Source: an uncultured Chitinophagales bacterium
GTDB lineage: Bacteria; Bacteroidota; Bacteroidia; Chitinophagales; JADIYW01
Length of the DNA stretch: 64,000 nt
NCBI GenBank assembly: GCA_964490845.1
Contig: CAZBED010000003.1
Span: 194,255 to 258,254 of the forward strand
Direction: 5' to 3'
The number at the start of each line of letters is the position of its first letter. The first letter of the stretch is position 1. The notes below the pieces were generated by a model that saw only the letters and a program-made list of their open reading frames with translations, was not told where the DNA came from and did no database searches. Below, piece by piece: positions 9,699 to 19,151 of this stretch. The position numbers and the translations under genes are program-made.

Positions 9699-10769
9699 TT
9701 ATTTTGCTCTGTAGATAGCAGGTAAGGTTCCTATCTTTTTCATCCAATTAACTGAGCGATGTTTTTTACGCGCAGTAGCAAATTCAGAACCATTCAACTT
9801 ATAAACAACAAACTTATCTGCACTAACCTCAACTTTAAATAAGTCCTGAAGCTCAAATGCTCCATCATTTTCAGTATCAGGAGTATCCGTATTAAAGGCC
9901 AAATCATCATCTTGAACTAATTCTTTGAAATCCAATATGCCTTTTCTGCCAATATAGGATGTAACAGGGAATGAACCTTGTGATAGTGATAAAGCCCCGT
10001 AACCCAATAGACGATAAAAATTTGTATAAACAGAAGCTGTAATAAAATAAACACCTTCCGGAAGCTCGTTTGTTGAGAAAGAGAGGCGCTCCGGATGCGA
10101 TCCTGTAGCAGCATCATATAAACCCATATCTCCGCCAAGCGTATCAAACACATAAAAATCCATATCGACGGCATTCTTAGTATTTATAGTAGTATCCTCT
10201 TTCCCGGGTACAGAACTCCAGTAATGCAACAGATAATCCTTTTCCCAATAAAACTCCATATCTAAATATACATCCGTAGCATTTGTTATGGTTACATCCA
10301 TAGTAACTGGTGTTATATTTGCATTAGCAACCGTTTGATCTCCAATTGAGAGTTTAAATGTTTCAGAAGGCTCTGGTATATAATCGTCAATAATTCTAAT
10401 TAAAAACGTCTGAGGAGCTGTGGTATAAGGCTCCCAAACTAATTCAGATATTGGATTATTGTTTTCATCGGTTATTTCATAATCCTCATCAGGTGTAGCA
10501 TCACCGGCTATTTGTACTATTGGTAGATGGACTTCTGATATCTGCCCTTCACTTAAAGAAACCTGAATAGCAATAATTGTAGATTTACCATCTTCATCAG
10601 GTATTGTATCTTCTCTAACAACAATTGAAGATGGTACACCAAGAATATTTACAGAGGCAGATGATTTCACCAAAGTACTGTAATCTTTGAATACATCTTT
10701 CTTACATCCTGTTGTTGTTGCAATCGCTAACAACAGAAATGCAGACATAATGGAATTTATTTTTTTCAT
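9699..10769 (-). CDS. Surface lipoprotein of the SusCD locus, with a Calx-beta-like N-terminal module
   Basis: Signal peptide plus lipobox (ATTTGC|KKD). Segment FLIRIIDDYIPEPSETFKLSI resembles the Calx-beta motif. Last gene downstream of susD. No enzyme motif recognised. Confidence 0.6.
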   Translation of the reverse strand: MKKINSIMSAFLLLAIATTTGCKKDVFKDYSTLVKSSASVNILGVPSSIVVREDTIPDEDGKSTIIAIQVSLSEGQISEVHLPIVQIAGDATPDEDYEITDENNNPISELVWEPYTTAPQTFLIRIIDDYIPEPSETFKLSIGDQTVANANITPVTMDVTITNATDVYLDMEFYWEKDYLLHYWSSVPGKEDTTINTKNAVDMDFYVFDTLGGDMGLYDAATGSHPERLSFSTNELPEGVYFITASVYTNFYRLLGYGALSLSQGSFPVTSYIGRKGILDFKELVQDDDLAFNTDTPDTENDGAFELQDLFKVEVSADKFVVYKLNGSEFATARKKHRSVNWMKKIGTLPAIYRAK

Positions 10770-10793
10770 ATTCTTATATTTATATTGAATTAA

Positions 10794-11744
10794 CTATTTT
10801 CTGACTAATTTCATATATATTTCTCTCGGCCCCGGCTGAGCGCCACCTGGATTAAAATAACCAACAGACATATCCAAAGTATCTTTTCCACTTGGCATTT
10901 TAACAACGTAATTTGAAAAGTCACAATTAAGAGTAGGCAGGTTACCTGGGTCAGCTTCACAGGTACTAATAACTATACCGTTGATTTTTTGATCCTCGCC
11001 TTCGTATTTCTTGGGATAACTTATTTTGTCCCCTTCTATCGTGAAAACTAACCTGTTTCCTACAAAACTGGAAATACCTACAACACCAACCATTTCATAA
11101 GTAGTCGCATTTAGTGCATTAACAACATAGGTAGAATTCCAATCATTTGGATTGTCCGTCTCGTTACTGTTAATAGGTGTAGCAGTAGATCTTTTATATT
11201 TTCCTTTAACTATGCGATATTGACCGGCAAATCTTGCATTAACGAATATCGTATTAGATGTAGGAATCACTCTTCTACCATCATCTAGAACCATAACATA
11301 CGTTAACAACCAATAATAGCCTGGTTTTAATAAACTGTCTGCTTCAATAGGTTCACCATCAATATTTAGACCGTCTCTTAACTGGTTAAAGCTAGCTGTA
11401 TATGTAGTAAAGTTAGTGGTTGTTTTATCCGATAAATCAATAGTGTTAAATAATACATTCTCACTCTTCACTTTTTCACCAGTGCTAGTTGTATCACCTG
11501 TAAAAAACTGCTTAAATACTTCTATTGACTTTATATTGTGGCTAACACCTTGATAATATTTTAAAGTAATATCAAAAGAAGAATCAATTAATCCGGTTTT
11601 GTAAATTATTGCCGGGGTTCTAATTTCAATTAAACCACCTTCTTTAGCATCACCTGTAACAGGGTTGTCGAACTTTGTACAGGAGGCAATTAAACCTATG
11701 ACAAGCAGCAAAAATAGCCCTAGTTTAATATTTATTTTTTTCAT
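10794..11744 (-). CDS. Surface lipoprotein of the SusCD locus (SusE/F-position protein, unknown family)
   Basis: Signal peptide plus lipobox (LIASC|TKFD). Immediately downstream of susD-like. Confidence 0.6.
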   Translation of the reverse strand: MKKINIKLGLFLLLVIGLIASCTKFDNPVTGDAKEGGLIEIRTPAIIYKTGLIDSSFDITLKYYQGVSHNIKSIEVFKQFFTGDTTSTGEKVKSENVLFNTIDLSDKTTTNFTTYTASFNQLRDGLNIDGEPIEADSLLKPGYYWLLTYVMVLDDGRRVIPTSNTIFVNARFAGQYRIVKGKYKRSTATPINSNETDNPNDWNSTYVVNALNATTYEMVGVVGISSFVGNRLVFTIEGDKISYPKKYEGEDQKINGIVISTCEADPGNLPTLNCDFSNYVVKMPSGKDTLDMSVGYFNPGGAQPGPREIYMKLVRK

Positions 11745-11772
11745 TGGAACAATTTTTAAAAGTTATAAATTT

Positions 11773-13236
11773 TTATGGTTTCAACCACCAAATTTTAGTC
11801 GTTAATAAATCGGCACCTTGATTTGCAACTGCAGCAGTATATGAAGCAGAATTGATAGACTGTTCATTTGATGGATATTGATATCTGGATGGAATCTCAT
11901 CAATAACACCATCAACTGCTGGTGACAAGACAGGGAATTTTGTTCTTCTCCATTCTGTCCATGCTTCAATACCTTGACCAAACAATGCAATCCACTTTTG
12001 TTCCGCTATTCTTTGTAACTCATTCCCTGGACTGGCTGCAATATCTACAACAGGTTTAGATAAATAATTATCAACATCTGCAGGCTTTGTTATCCCGTTA
12101 AAAATCAATGAAGCCTCAATACCACTTTTATAATACCCTTCTACTGTACCAGTGGATATAAATGATTTTTGTTTCGCTTCTGCTAAAAGGAAACATAATT
12201 CTGCATAAGACATAAATACACCCGGTGCATTGGCAGCCAAATATTTTTTACCTATAGCAGAAATATTTTTATATCCGAATGCTGCTGAAGGAACATTATT
12301 ATACCCTGAAGGTTTTCCCCTGTATGTACTATCAGATGCTTTCTGCGCATAAACAGGTAATCTCGGATCACCAAGATTGGACAACATATTTATTAAAACA
12401 CTATTCACCTTCCACTCTGCTCTATTTCCGAAAACTACTGTTTCATAGAAAGGATTGGCTGTAGGTTGTGCTGTATTGAATACAAATGCAGCGTCATCAC
12501 TGTTAGAAGAGAACCAGTTGCCGCTGTTTACAATAGCCTGTAAGTCTGCTGCAACATTCTTTTTAGAAGAGATACGCATTAAACATCTGAATTTCAATGA
12601 GCCGGCAAATTTTTTCCATTTGGTGATATCCCCTTTATACATTACATCCGACGAAGCAGGAACTTCTCCGTTACCCGGAGCCATCAATGTTTGTGCTTCA
12701 TCCAAAAACGCTAAGATTCCGGTATAAACATCCTCTTGTTTATCATATTTCGGTTTATAAAGACCTTCGCTTGCTTTTAACGCCTCAGAGAAAGGAATAT
12801 CTCCGTAACAGTCTGTTAAAACGCTGAATCCGTATGCTTTTAACACAAGTGCAATACCTTGAAGATTTTTATTATTTTCCTCAGTTGCTATTATGTACAT
12901 TTTATTTGCATCATTGACTACATCTTCATAAATGGTTTCCCAGAAATCCTGAACAACCCCGCCACGTGGCTTGTATCTTTCTTCGTCGTTATACTGAACT
13001 TTAGATAAATGCTGTGCCCAACATCCACCCATATCTCCACCCACGAAGGTAGAATACATACCGGTTGAGTTGGCAACATCTCCATCTTCACCCATGCAAG
13101 TATATAAGATATTCGGGATTAAGGCTGCAGCAGGAACTTTTCCAGGCTGGTTTGGATTGGTGTTCGTACTCTCGAAATCACTACATCCTTGCAGCAATAC
13201 CGAGAAAATTCCAAATGCTAAAATATATTTTTTCAT
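11773..13236 (-). CDS. SusD/RagB-family nutrient-binding outer-membrane lipoprotein
   Basis: 487 aa, lipobox LLQGC|SD, helical TPR-like SusD content. The C-terminal W-rich end (KIWWLKP) and position 18 nt after susC-like are typical. Confidence 0.88.
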   Translation of the reverse strand: MKKYILAFGIFSVLLQGCSDFESTNTNPNQPGKVPAAALIPNILYTCMGEDGDVANSTGMYSTFVGGDMGGCWAQHLSKVQYNDEERYKPRGGVVQDFWETIYEDVVNDANKMYIIATEENNKNLQGIALVLKAYGFSVLTDCYGDIPFSEALKASEGLYKPKYDKQEDVYTGILAFLDEAQTLMAPGNGEVPASSDVMYKGDITKWKKFAGSLKFRCLMRISSKKNVAADLQAIVNSGNWFSSNSDDAAFVFNTAQPTANPFYETVVFGNRAEWKVNSVLINMLSNLGDPRLPVYAQKASDSTYRGKPSGYNNVPSAAFGYKNISAIGKKYLAANAPGVFMSYAELCFLLAEAKQKSFISTGTVEGYYKSGIEASLIFNGITKPADVDNYLSKPVVDIAASPGNELQRIAEQKWIALFGQGIEAWTEWRRTKFPVLSPAVDGVIDEIPSRYQYPSNEQSINSASYTAAVANQGADLLTTKIWWLKP

Positions 13237-13254
13237 GTCGTTACTTTTAAATTT

Positions 13255-16200
13255 TTAGAATTTAATATTGAAGTTAAATCCAATACTTCTCGCTGATGGC
13301 AATTGTCCGAATTCCTGACCTTGTTCACCATTCGCACTGCTAAACGCTGACTCCGGATCGATGTGCGGCGCTTTTTTGTATAATATCATCAGGTTACGAG
13401 CCACCACACCAAAACCTATATCTTCGATTCTTGTATTTTTGAATGCTTTCTTAGGAAGGTTGTAGCTCACCACCAACTGTCTCCATTTTATATAAGAGGC
13501 ATCGAATGTACCATTGACCGTTGTACTGTTATCGAATGCAGCATGGTTATAATCTTGCGCTGATCTTACTACATCATTCGGTACAAATACTGGATTATCT
13601 TCTGTACCCTCATTCTTAACACCAACACCCACGATACCTGTTTCTCTTCCTAACAATGTTTCGTTCAGCGTACCTGCATATCTGCCCCAAGTATATGTCA
13701 TGGAGTGAATCAAACCTCCCCATTTCATATCAAATAAGGTACTGATGCTGACACCTTTCACATAAATATCTAAACTAACGCCACCTGTCCATTTAGGAAC
13801 GATAGAACCAAATACTTTTGTAGTTGGGTCAGGAGATGGCAAACCATTTTTATGGATGATTTGTCCGTCGGGAGCACGTAAATAATCGTGTCCGACAATT
13901 AATCCTAGTGGCTGTCCTACTCTGGCTTCTAATGTCATATCCCACTGGCCGCCTAAGATATAAGAATCCAGACCACCTAAAGAAAGTACTTTGTTCCAGT
14001 TTTTAGCCCAGTTTAAATTAACGCCGATCTTATAGTCAGCTTTATCCAACAATTTAGCACCGAATTGTAATTCCACCCCGTTATTCTTGATAGAGGCTAC
14101 GTTATTCCATGCGCTGGTATAACCGGTACCTGCAGAAACGTTAACAGGAACCAATAAGTCAGAACTTTTCTTTTCATAGTAAGCAACATCGAAGTTGATT
14201 CTGTTTTTAATAAGTCTTGCTTCCAAACCAACTTCCCAGCTTTTTGTCGATTCTGGTTTTAAGTTCGGATTGTTTAATGTTGATGGGTCAAATATCAAGA
14301 TAGTGCTTCCTAACTTTAAATTTCTGATTGTAAAGGTCTGATCTGTTCTGTATGGTTCTAACGCTCCGAAAGAACCCACTTTTGAATAACTACCTCTAAT
14401 TTTCAGGTAGTTCAACATATCCTGATTCTTTTTAATCAACTCTGACAATACTAAACCACCACCAACTGAATAAGATAAGAAGTTATTTGATTTCTTAGGC
14501 AAACGACTGGACCAGTCATTTCTAACAGAGAAGTCAGTGTATATCCAACCATCCCAGGATAAACCACCTGTACCGTAGATACTGTATAAGTTACTGTTGA
14601 TTTGTTCCGTTAAAGTTTGAGCTGTTGTACCGGATTTTACGTTACCGATAGTATATAACCCCGGTAATTCTAACGCATCTGCCTGTACTGCTACTCTTTT
14701 GTAACGCTCTGTCATTAAGTTACCTGCCAACGTTAAGGTTACCCCTAATCTGTCTTTCAGGAATTTATCATCATAACCAATCATCAACTCGGAGTTCATT
14801 TCCGTAGCATTTCTGTGGTTTTCTCTGAAGAAACCATCCAGTGATTCGTTTGTTCCGATTGATTTTTGCTCTGTAATAACACTAGACCAGTAGTCAACCC
14901 CTGTTCGTGCTTTTACAAACAAGTATTTTTTAATCTGATAATTCAACTGGATATTACCAATGAGTCTGTTTTTGTCATATTTGTTCAGGTTATTATCCAA
15001 CACCCAGAACGGGTTGTTTTGGAACTGTGTATTCCAGTTGTATGGAGTTCCTGCAGCAGGTCTTCCTGCTCCTACTATCGGCAGGTTTCTCCAATCTTTT
15101 AATGCATTGAAATCCACATTACGTCCTGACCAGATGGTTTGTTGTACGAAGTTTTCAGAAGCATAACCACCTGTTGGCAAGTTTCCTGATTTTTCTTTAA
15201 TATAATTTAAGGAAAAACTGGAAGTTAATTTTTCTGTCAATTTTCCGGAAGCATTTACCGCAACGGTATATCTGTTAAAATCGGTATTATAAATCATACC
15301 TTTTTGGTTGTTATTACCAAAAGAAAGTCTGTATGTAAATTTATCGGTAGCACCTTCAAATGCCACACTGTTGTTCCAGGTAATACCTGTTCTGTATAAA
15401 CTTCTTACGTTATTAGGTCTGGAAACCCATGGTAATGGTTTACCACCTACTGTATAAGAATTCCACTGAACAAACTCTAATCCTTTATCCAATGGTGGTC
15501 CCCAGCTTTCATCCACAGCACCGTCAGCATCTCCTTCATCACCCCAGGTAAAGAAATCTTTATTTGGGCCTTGTCCATAGGAATTTTGAAAATCAGGTAT
15601 TACTAATGGCTGCTCAAACGTCAATGAAGTATTTAATGACACGCCAATTGGGCCTCCTTCTTTGCTTTTAGGTCCTTTTTTTGTAGTGATTAACACTACG
15701 CCGTTTGCAGCGCGGATACCATAGATAGCCGTTGCTGTTGGGCCTTTCAAAACCTGAATATCTTCAACGTCATCAGCATTTATTGAACCAATACCATTTG
15801 GAAGGTCAAATCCGCCTGTAGAACCTGCGTCGCTAAAAGAACGGTTATCAATAGGAACACCATCAATTACATATAAAGGCTGGTTATTACCTGTGATGGA
15901 GTTACTTCCCCTAATAACCAATCTGGATGAAGCACCTACTGCTCCGGAACTGCTGGTTACCTGTACGCCGGCAATTTTACCACTCAATGAGTTAACAATA
16001 TTTGTCTCTCTGGCTTTATTGATATCATCTCCGCCGATTTTCTGTACTGCATAGCTTAATGCTTTCTCTTCTTTCTTCACACCTAATGCTGTTACTACCA
16101 ATTCTTCCAGCACTTTTCCCTCAACAGCCATAGCTGCATCAATTTTGAGAGCAGTAATTGGTTTTTCTAAATTAGTGTATCCAACGTAAGAGAATACTAA

Positions 16201-16410
16201 AGTAGTAACATCTTTTGGCAATTCCAATGTGTACTTTCCATCAATGTCTGTAACGGTGCCAATTGTTGTACCCTTTCCTGTAACGTTCACACCTATCAGT
16301 GCCTCACCGGTGGTTGCATCCTTTACAGTACCGCTAAGGGAGCGGTTCTGCGCAAATACCTGAGCTGTCAGCAACAACCCAAATAACCATAATAATAGCG
16401 TTTTTTTCAT
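13255..16410 (-). CDS. SusC/RagA-family TonB-linked outer-membrane transporter
   Basis: 1051 aa. Signal peptide, a carboxypeptidase-regulatory-like N-terminal domain (SGTVKDATTGEALIGVNV...TDIDGKYTLELP), a plug, and a C-terminal beta-barrel ending ...GFNFNIKF. Confidence 0.93.
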   Translation of the reverse strand: MKKTLLLWLFGLLLTAQVFAQNRSLSGTVKDATTGEALIGVNVTGKGTTIGTVTDIDGKYTLELPKDVTTLVFSYVGYTNLEKPITALKIDAAMAVEGKVLEELVVTALGVKKEEKALSYAVQKIGGDDINKARETNIVNSLSGKIAGVQVTSSSGAVGASSRLVIRGSNSITGNNQPLYVIDGVPIDNRSFSDAGSTGGFDLPNGIGSINADDVEDIQVLKGPTATAIYGIRAANGVVLITTKKGPKSKEGGPIGVSLNTSLTFEQPLVIPDFQNSYGQGPNKDFFTWGDEGDADGAVDESWGPPLDKGLEFVQWNSYTVGGKPLPWVSRPNNVRSLYRTGITWNNSVAFEGATDKFTYRLSFGNNNQKGMIYNTDFNRYTVAVNASGKLTEKLTSSFSLNYIKEKSGNLPTGGYASENFVQQTIWSGRNVDFNALKDWRNLPIVGAGRPAAGTPYNWNTQFQNNPFWVLDNNLNKYDKNRLIGNIQLNYQIKKYLFVKARTGVDYWSSVITEQKSIGTNESLDGFFRENHRNATEMNSELMIGYDDKFLKDRLGVTLTLAGNLMTERYKRVAVQADALELPGLYTIGNVKSGTTAQTLTEQINSNLYSIYGTGGLSWDGWIYTDFSVRNDWSSRLPKKSNNFLSYSVGGGLVLSELIKKNQDMLNYLKIRGSYSKVGSFGALEPYRTDQTFTIRNLKLGSTILIFDPSTLNNPNLKPESTKSWEVGLEARLIKNRINFDVAYYEKKSSDLLVPVNVSAGTGYTSAWNNVASIKNNGVELQFGAKLLDKADYKIGVNLNWAKNWNKVLSLGGLDSYILGGQWDMTLEARVGQPLGLIVGHDYLRAPDGQIIHKNGLPSPDPTTKVFGSIVPKWTGGVSLDIYVKGVSISTLFDMKWGGLIHSMTYTWGRYAGTLNETLLGRETGIVGVGVKNEGTEDNPVFVPNDVVRSAQDYNHAAFDNSTTVNGTFDASYIKWRQLVVSYNLPKKAFKNTRIEDIGFGVVARNLMILYKKAPHIDPESAFSSANGEQGQEFGQLPSARSIGFNFNIKF

Positions 16411-16655
16411 AAAGACTAACTGGTTTTGTTAATAATTCTTAAAGAAGTTAAATGTATGTTAATCCGCAATATTACTACATTTTTTTAAGAAACAAGAAAA
16501 TTTTTAAGAATTTTTAATGGAATCTTGGTGTTTCTCCCGAAATATACAAACAATCAGTTAGTGGTTTATTTTGTATAGTCAGCTATTACTATACTTTAAA
16601 GAGGATAATGTGCCCGTAAGTCCCAATAAAATAAAGCGATTCCGGACTCTCTTCT

Positions 16656-17780
16656 TTAATAGTTTATTGTCTGCTCTTCCATATATTCCGGCATTTGCCT
16701 GAACTCATACTGCTGATTTCTGAGCCTTGGTTCAAATCCCGCAGCACGGATAGCATCTTGAATACTTTTAGAGGTAAAGCGATGAGGTGCACCGGCGGCA
16801 GAAACTACATTTTCCTCTATCATAATAGAACCAAAATCATTGGCGCCGGCCTGCAGGCATAATTGTGCCACATTTTTACCGACAGTCAGCCAGGACGCCT
16901 GTATGTTCTTAATATTCGGCAACATGATTCTGCTGATAGCCAACATACGGATATATTCATCACCGGTGACTTGATTGCGGATATTACGCATCTTTTTCAG
17001 CAAGGTTCCTTCATCCTGGTATGGCCATGGAATAAACGCCAGAAAGCCCCTGGCATCGGCGGGCTTTTCACTTTGCACCTGGCGTATCCAAACAAGATGC
17101 TCCATTCGCTCATAAATTGTTTCAATATGCCCGAACATCATGGTAGCAGAAGTGGTGATGTGCAGCTGATGTGCGGCTCGCATCACATTCAGCCATTCTT
17201 CACCGCTGCACTTGCCTTTTGCGAGCAACCTCCTTACCCGGTCATTCAGGATTTCGGCGCCGGCGCCCGGCAATGAATCCAGCCCCGCCTTTTTAAGTTC
17301 TTTCAGCACTTCCGTATGCGACAAACCTTCCAGTTTACAGATATGCGCTATCTCGGGAGGCCCGAGCGCATGTAATTTTAGTTCAGGATAGATTTTTTTT
17401 ATCGCTGAAAATGTATCAACATAAAACTTAAGTCCTAAATCCGGATGGTGTCCGCCCTGTAAAAGCAACTGATCGCCGCCATATTGGATGGTTTCGTCGA
17501 TTTTCTTCTTATAGGTCTCCATATCCGTGATATATGCTTCTTCATGCCCAGGTTTTCTGTAAAAATTACAGAACTTACAATTAGCCACACACACATTGGT
17601 TGTATTCACGTTCCGGTCTATCTGCCATGTTACAATATTGTCCGGTTTTTGAATTTTACGCAATTGATGCCCGATGGCCATCAATTCGGCTGTTGGAGCC
17701 TGCTCAAATAAAAACACCCCCTCTTCTATGGTCAGGAATTCAAAACGGAGCGCTTTTTCGTATAAATCAGAAAGAGTCAT
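16656..17780 (-). CDS. Radical SAM enzyme of the CofH/MqnC/MqnE family (futalosine-route menaquinone biosynthesis type)
   Basis: CxxxCxxC cluster motif in NVCVANCKFCNFYR. Overall layout (GGDQLLLQGGHHPDL..., ...FIPWPYQ...) is like MqnC/MqnE. I cannot decide between MqnC and MqnE by eye. Confidence 0.7.
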   Translation of the reverse strand: MTLSDLYEKALRFEFLTIEEGVFLFEQAPTAELMAIGHQLRKIQKPDNIVTWQIDRNVNTTNVCVANCKFCNFYRKPGHEEAYITDMETYKKKIDETIQYGGDQLLLQGGHHPDLGLKFYVDTFSAIKKIYPELKLHALGPPEIAHICKLEGLSHTEVLKELKKAGLDSLPGAGAEILNDRVRRLLAKGKCSGEEWLNVMRAAHQLHITTSATMMFGHIETIYERMEHLVWIRQVQSEKPADARGFLAFIPWPYQDEGTLLKKMRNIRNQVTGDEYIRMLAISRIMLPNIKNIQASWLTVGKNVAQLCLQAGANDFGSIMIEENVVSAAGAPHRFTSKSIQDAIRAAGFEPRLRNQQYEFRQMPEYMEEQTINY

Positions 17781-17797
17781 TTTGTTATTTTACAGTA

Positions 17798-17805
17798 CAA
17801 AGGTA
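17798..17805 (-). promoter_or_regulatory. -7 promoter box (TACCTTTG) for the radical SAM gene
   Basis: Plus strand CAAAGGTA is TACCTTTG on the minus strand, 18 nt upstream of ATG 17780. Confidence 0.5.
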
Positions 17806-17897
17806 AAATGTTGTGATGAGATAATGAAACAATGTACCAATGGTTAAATTGCAGATAAACACATTAAGTTATTGTTTCATTGTTACATTATTTAATC

Positions 17898-17905
17898 TAC
17901 TTTTG
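17898..17905 (+). promoter_or_regulatory. -7 promoter box (TACTTTTG) for the M16 peptidase operon
   Basis: TACTTTTG matches TAnnTTTG. The ATG at 17910 follows after only 4 nt, giving the same TTTGCAnnATG layout as thiL. Confidence 0.55.
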
Positions 17906-17909
17906 CAGC

Positions 17910-19145
17910 ATGATTGATTACAGTAAAGAAGTATTTAAAAACGGGCTGATACTGATTCATCACCATGATACGACAACTCCCTTCGTGGTGGTCAATATAC
18001 TCTACAACGTAGGCGCAAAACATGAAGATGAAAACCGTACAGGTTTTGCACATTTATTCGAACACCTGATGTTCAGCGGCAGCAAACACTTTCCGGATTT
18101 TGACAAACCGTTGCAGGCAGCATCCGGAGAGAACAACGCCTTCACCAACAACGACTATACCAACTACTACGATATTGTGCCTGCATCGAATATTGAAATT
18201 CCGTTGTGCCTGGAAGCAGACCGTATGTCCAACCTGTCCATCCATGCAAAGAGCCTGTCAGTACAGCGAAAAGTAGTGTGCGAGGAATTTAAGGAAAACT
18301 ACATCAACCAGCCGTACGGCAATGTATGGCACCTGCTGCGCGAAATGGTGTACGAACAGCATCCGTATAAATGGCCTACTATCGGCAAATCGCTGAAACA
18401 TGTCGAAGACGCCACCCTGAAAGATGTTCAATCTTTTTATGATAAATATTATGCCCCCAACAATGCTATTCTGGTTATTGCGGGCAACATCAACAGAGAG
18501 GACGCATCGCGACTGGCGCACCGCTATTTCGATGATATGGCCCCCGTACCATTGACACCAAATAAATTTTCCGAACCTGTTCAGACGTCTGCCAAAGAAA
18601 AGACCGTCTACGAATCTGTTCCGCTGAATGCAGTGTACATCGCGTTTAAAATGTGCGACCGCATGCAACCGGAATATTACCATGCGGATATTGTTTCCGA
18701 TATTTTATCCAATGGTACTTCTTCACGGCTACACGAACGGCTGGTCAAGAATGAAAAGGCATTTGTCGAAATCGACGCATATATTTCCGCCAGCAATGAT
18801 GTCGGTATGTTTACCATAGAAGGGAAAGTATCTGAGGGCTATGATGTACAAAAAGCAACCGGCCTGATTTGGGCGGAACTGGAAAAGATGCAGCACGAAC
18901 CCGTCAGCGAGCAAGAATTGCAGAAATGTAAAAACAAGATGCTGACATATATGAACTTCTCGGAAGCCAGCCTGCTGAACCGCGCCATCAGCTTAGCCTA
19001 CTACGAGCTGCTGGGCGATGCCAATCTGATTAATGAAGAAGAACGACAGTATGACGCCGTCAGTACAACAGATGTGCAAGACTACGCCAAAAAACTTTTT
19101 CAGAAAGAAAAAAGCAATACTCTTTACTACCTCAAAAAACAATAA
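17910..19145 (+). CDS. M16-family zinc metallopeptidase (pitrilysin-like, active subunit)
   Basis: Inverted zinc motif HxxEH (FAHLFEHLMF). Start set at ATG 17910 (MIDYSKE...) because the TTG at 17880 lies upstream of the -7 box. Confidence 0.88.
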   Translation: MIDYSKEVFKNGLILIHHHDTTTPFVVVNILYNVGAKHEDENRTGFAHLFEHLMFSGSKHFPDFDKPLQAASGENNAFTNNDYTNYYDIVPASNIEIPLCLEADRMSNLSIHAKSLSVQRKVVCEEFKENYINQPYGNVWHLLREMVYEQHPYKWPTIGKSLKHVEDATLKDVQSFYDKYYAPNNAILVIAGNINREDASRLAHRYFDDMAPVPLTPNKFSEPVQTSAKEKTVYESVPLNAVYIAFKMCDRMQPEYYHADIVSDILSNGTSSRLHERLVKNEKAFVEIDAYISASNDVGMFTIEGKVSEGYDVQKATGLIWAELEKMQHEPVSEQELQKCKNKMLTYMNFSEASLLNRAISLAYYELLGDANLINEEERQYDAVSTTDVQDYAKKLFQKEKSNTLYYLKKQ

Positions 19146-19151
19146 TGCTGC

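Noticed and set aside
16411-16655. Looked for a riboswitch or regulator-binding structure upstream of susC-like
   Set aside because: I found only AT-rich DNA with a few TTTTTAAGAA/TTTTTAA motifs (16482-16520). There are no conserved riboswitch cores, no convincing hairpins, and no clear TAnnTTTG box.
16863-17276. 137-aa plus-strand ORF, together with the 141-aa minus-strand ORF at 18258-18683
   Set aside because: Both lie fully inside well-supported genes (the radical SAM enzyme and the M16 peptidase) on the opposite strand, so I treat them as shadow ORFs.
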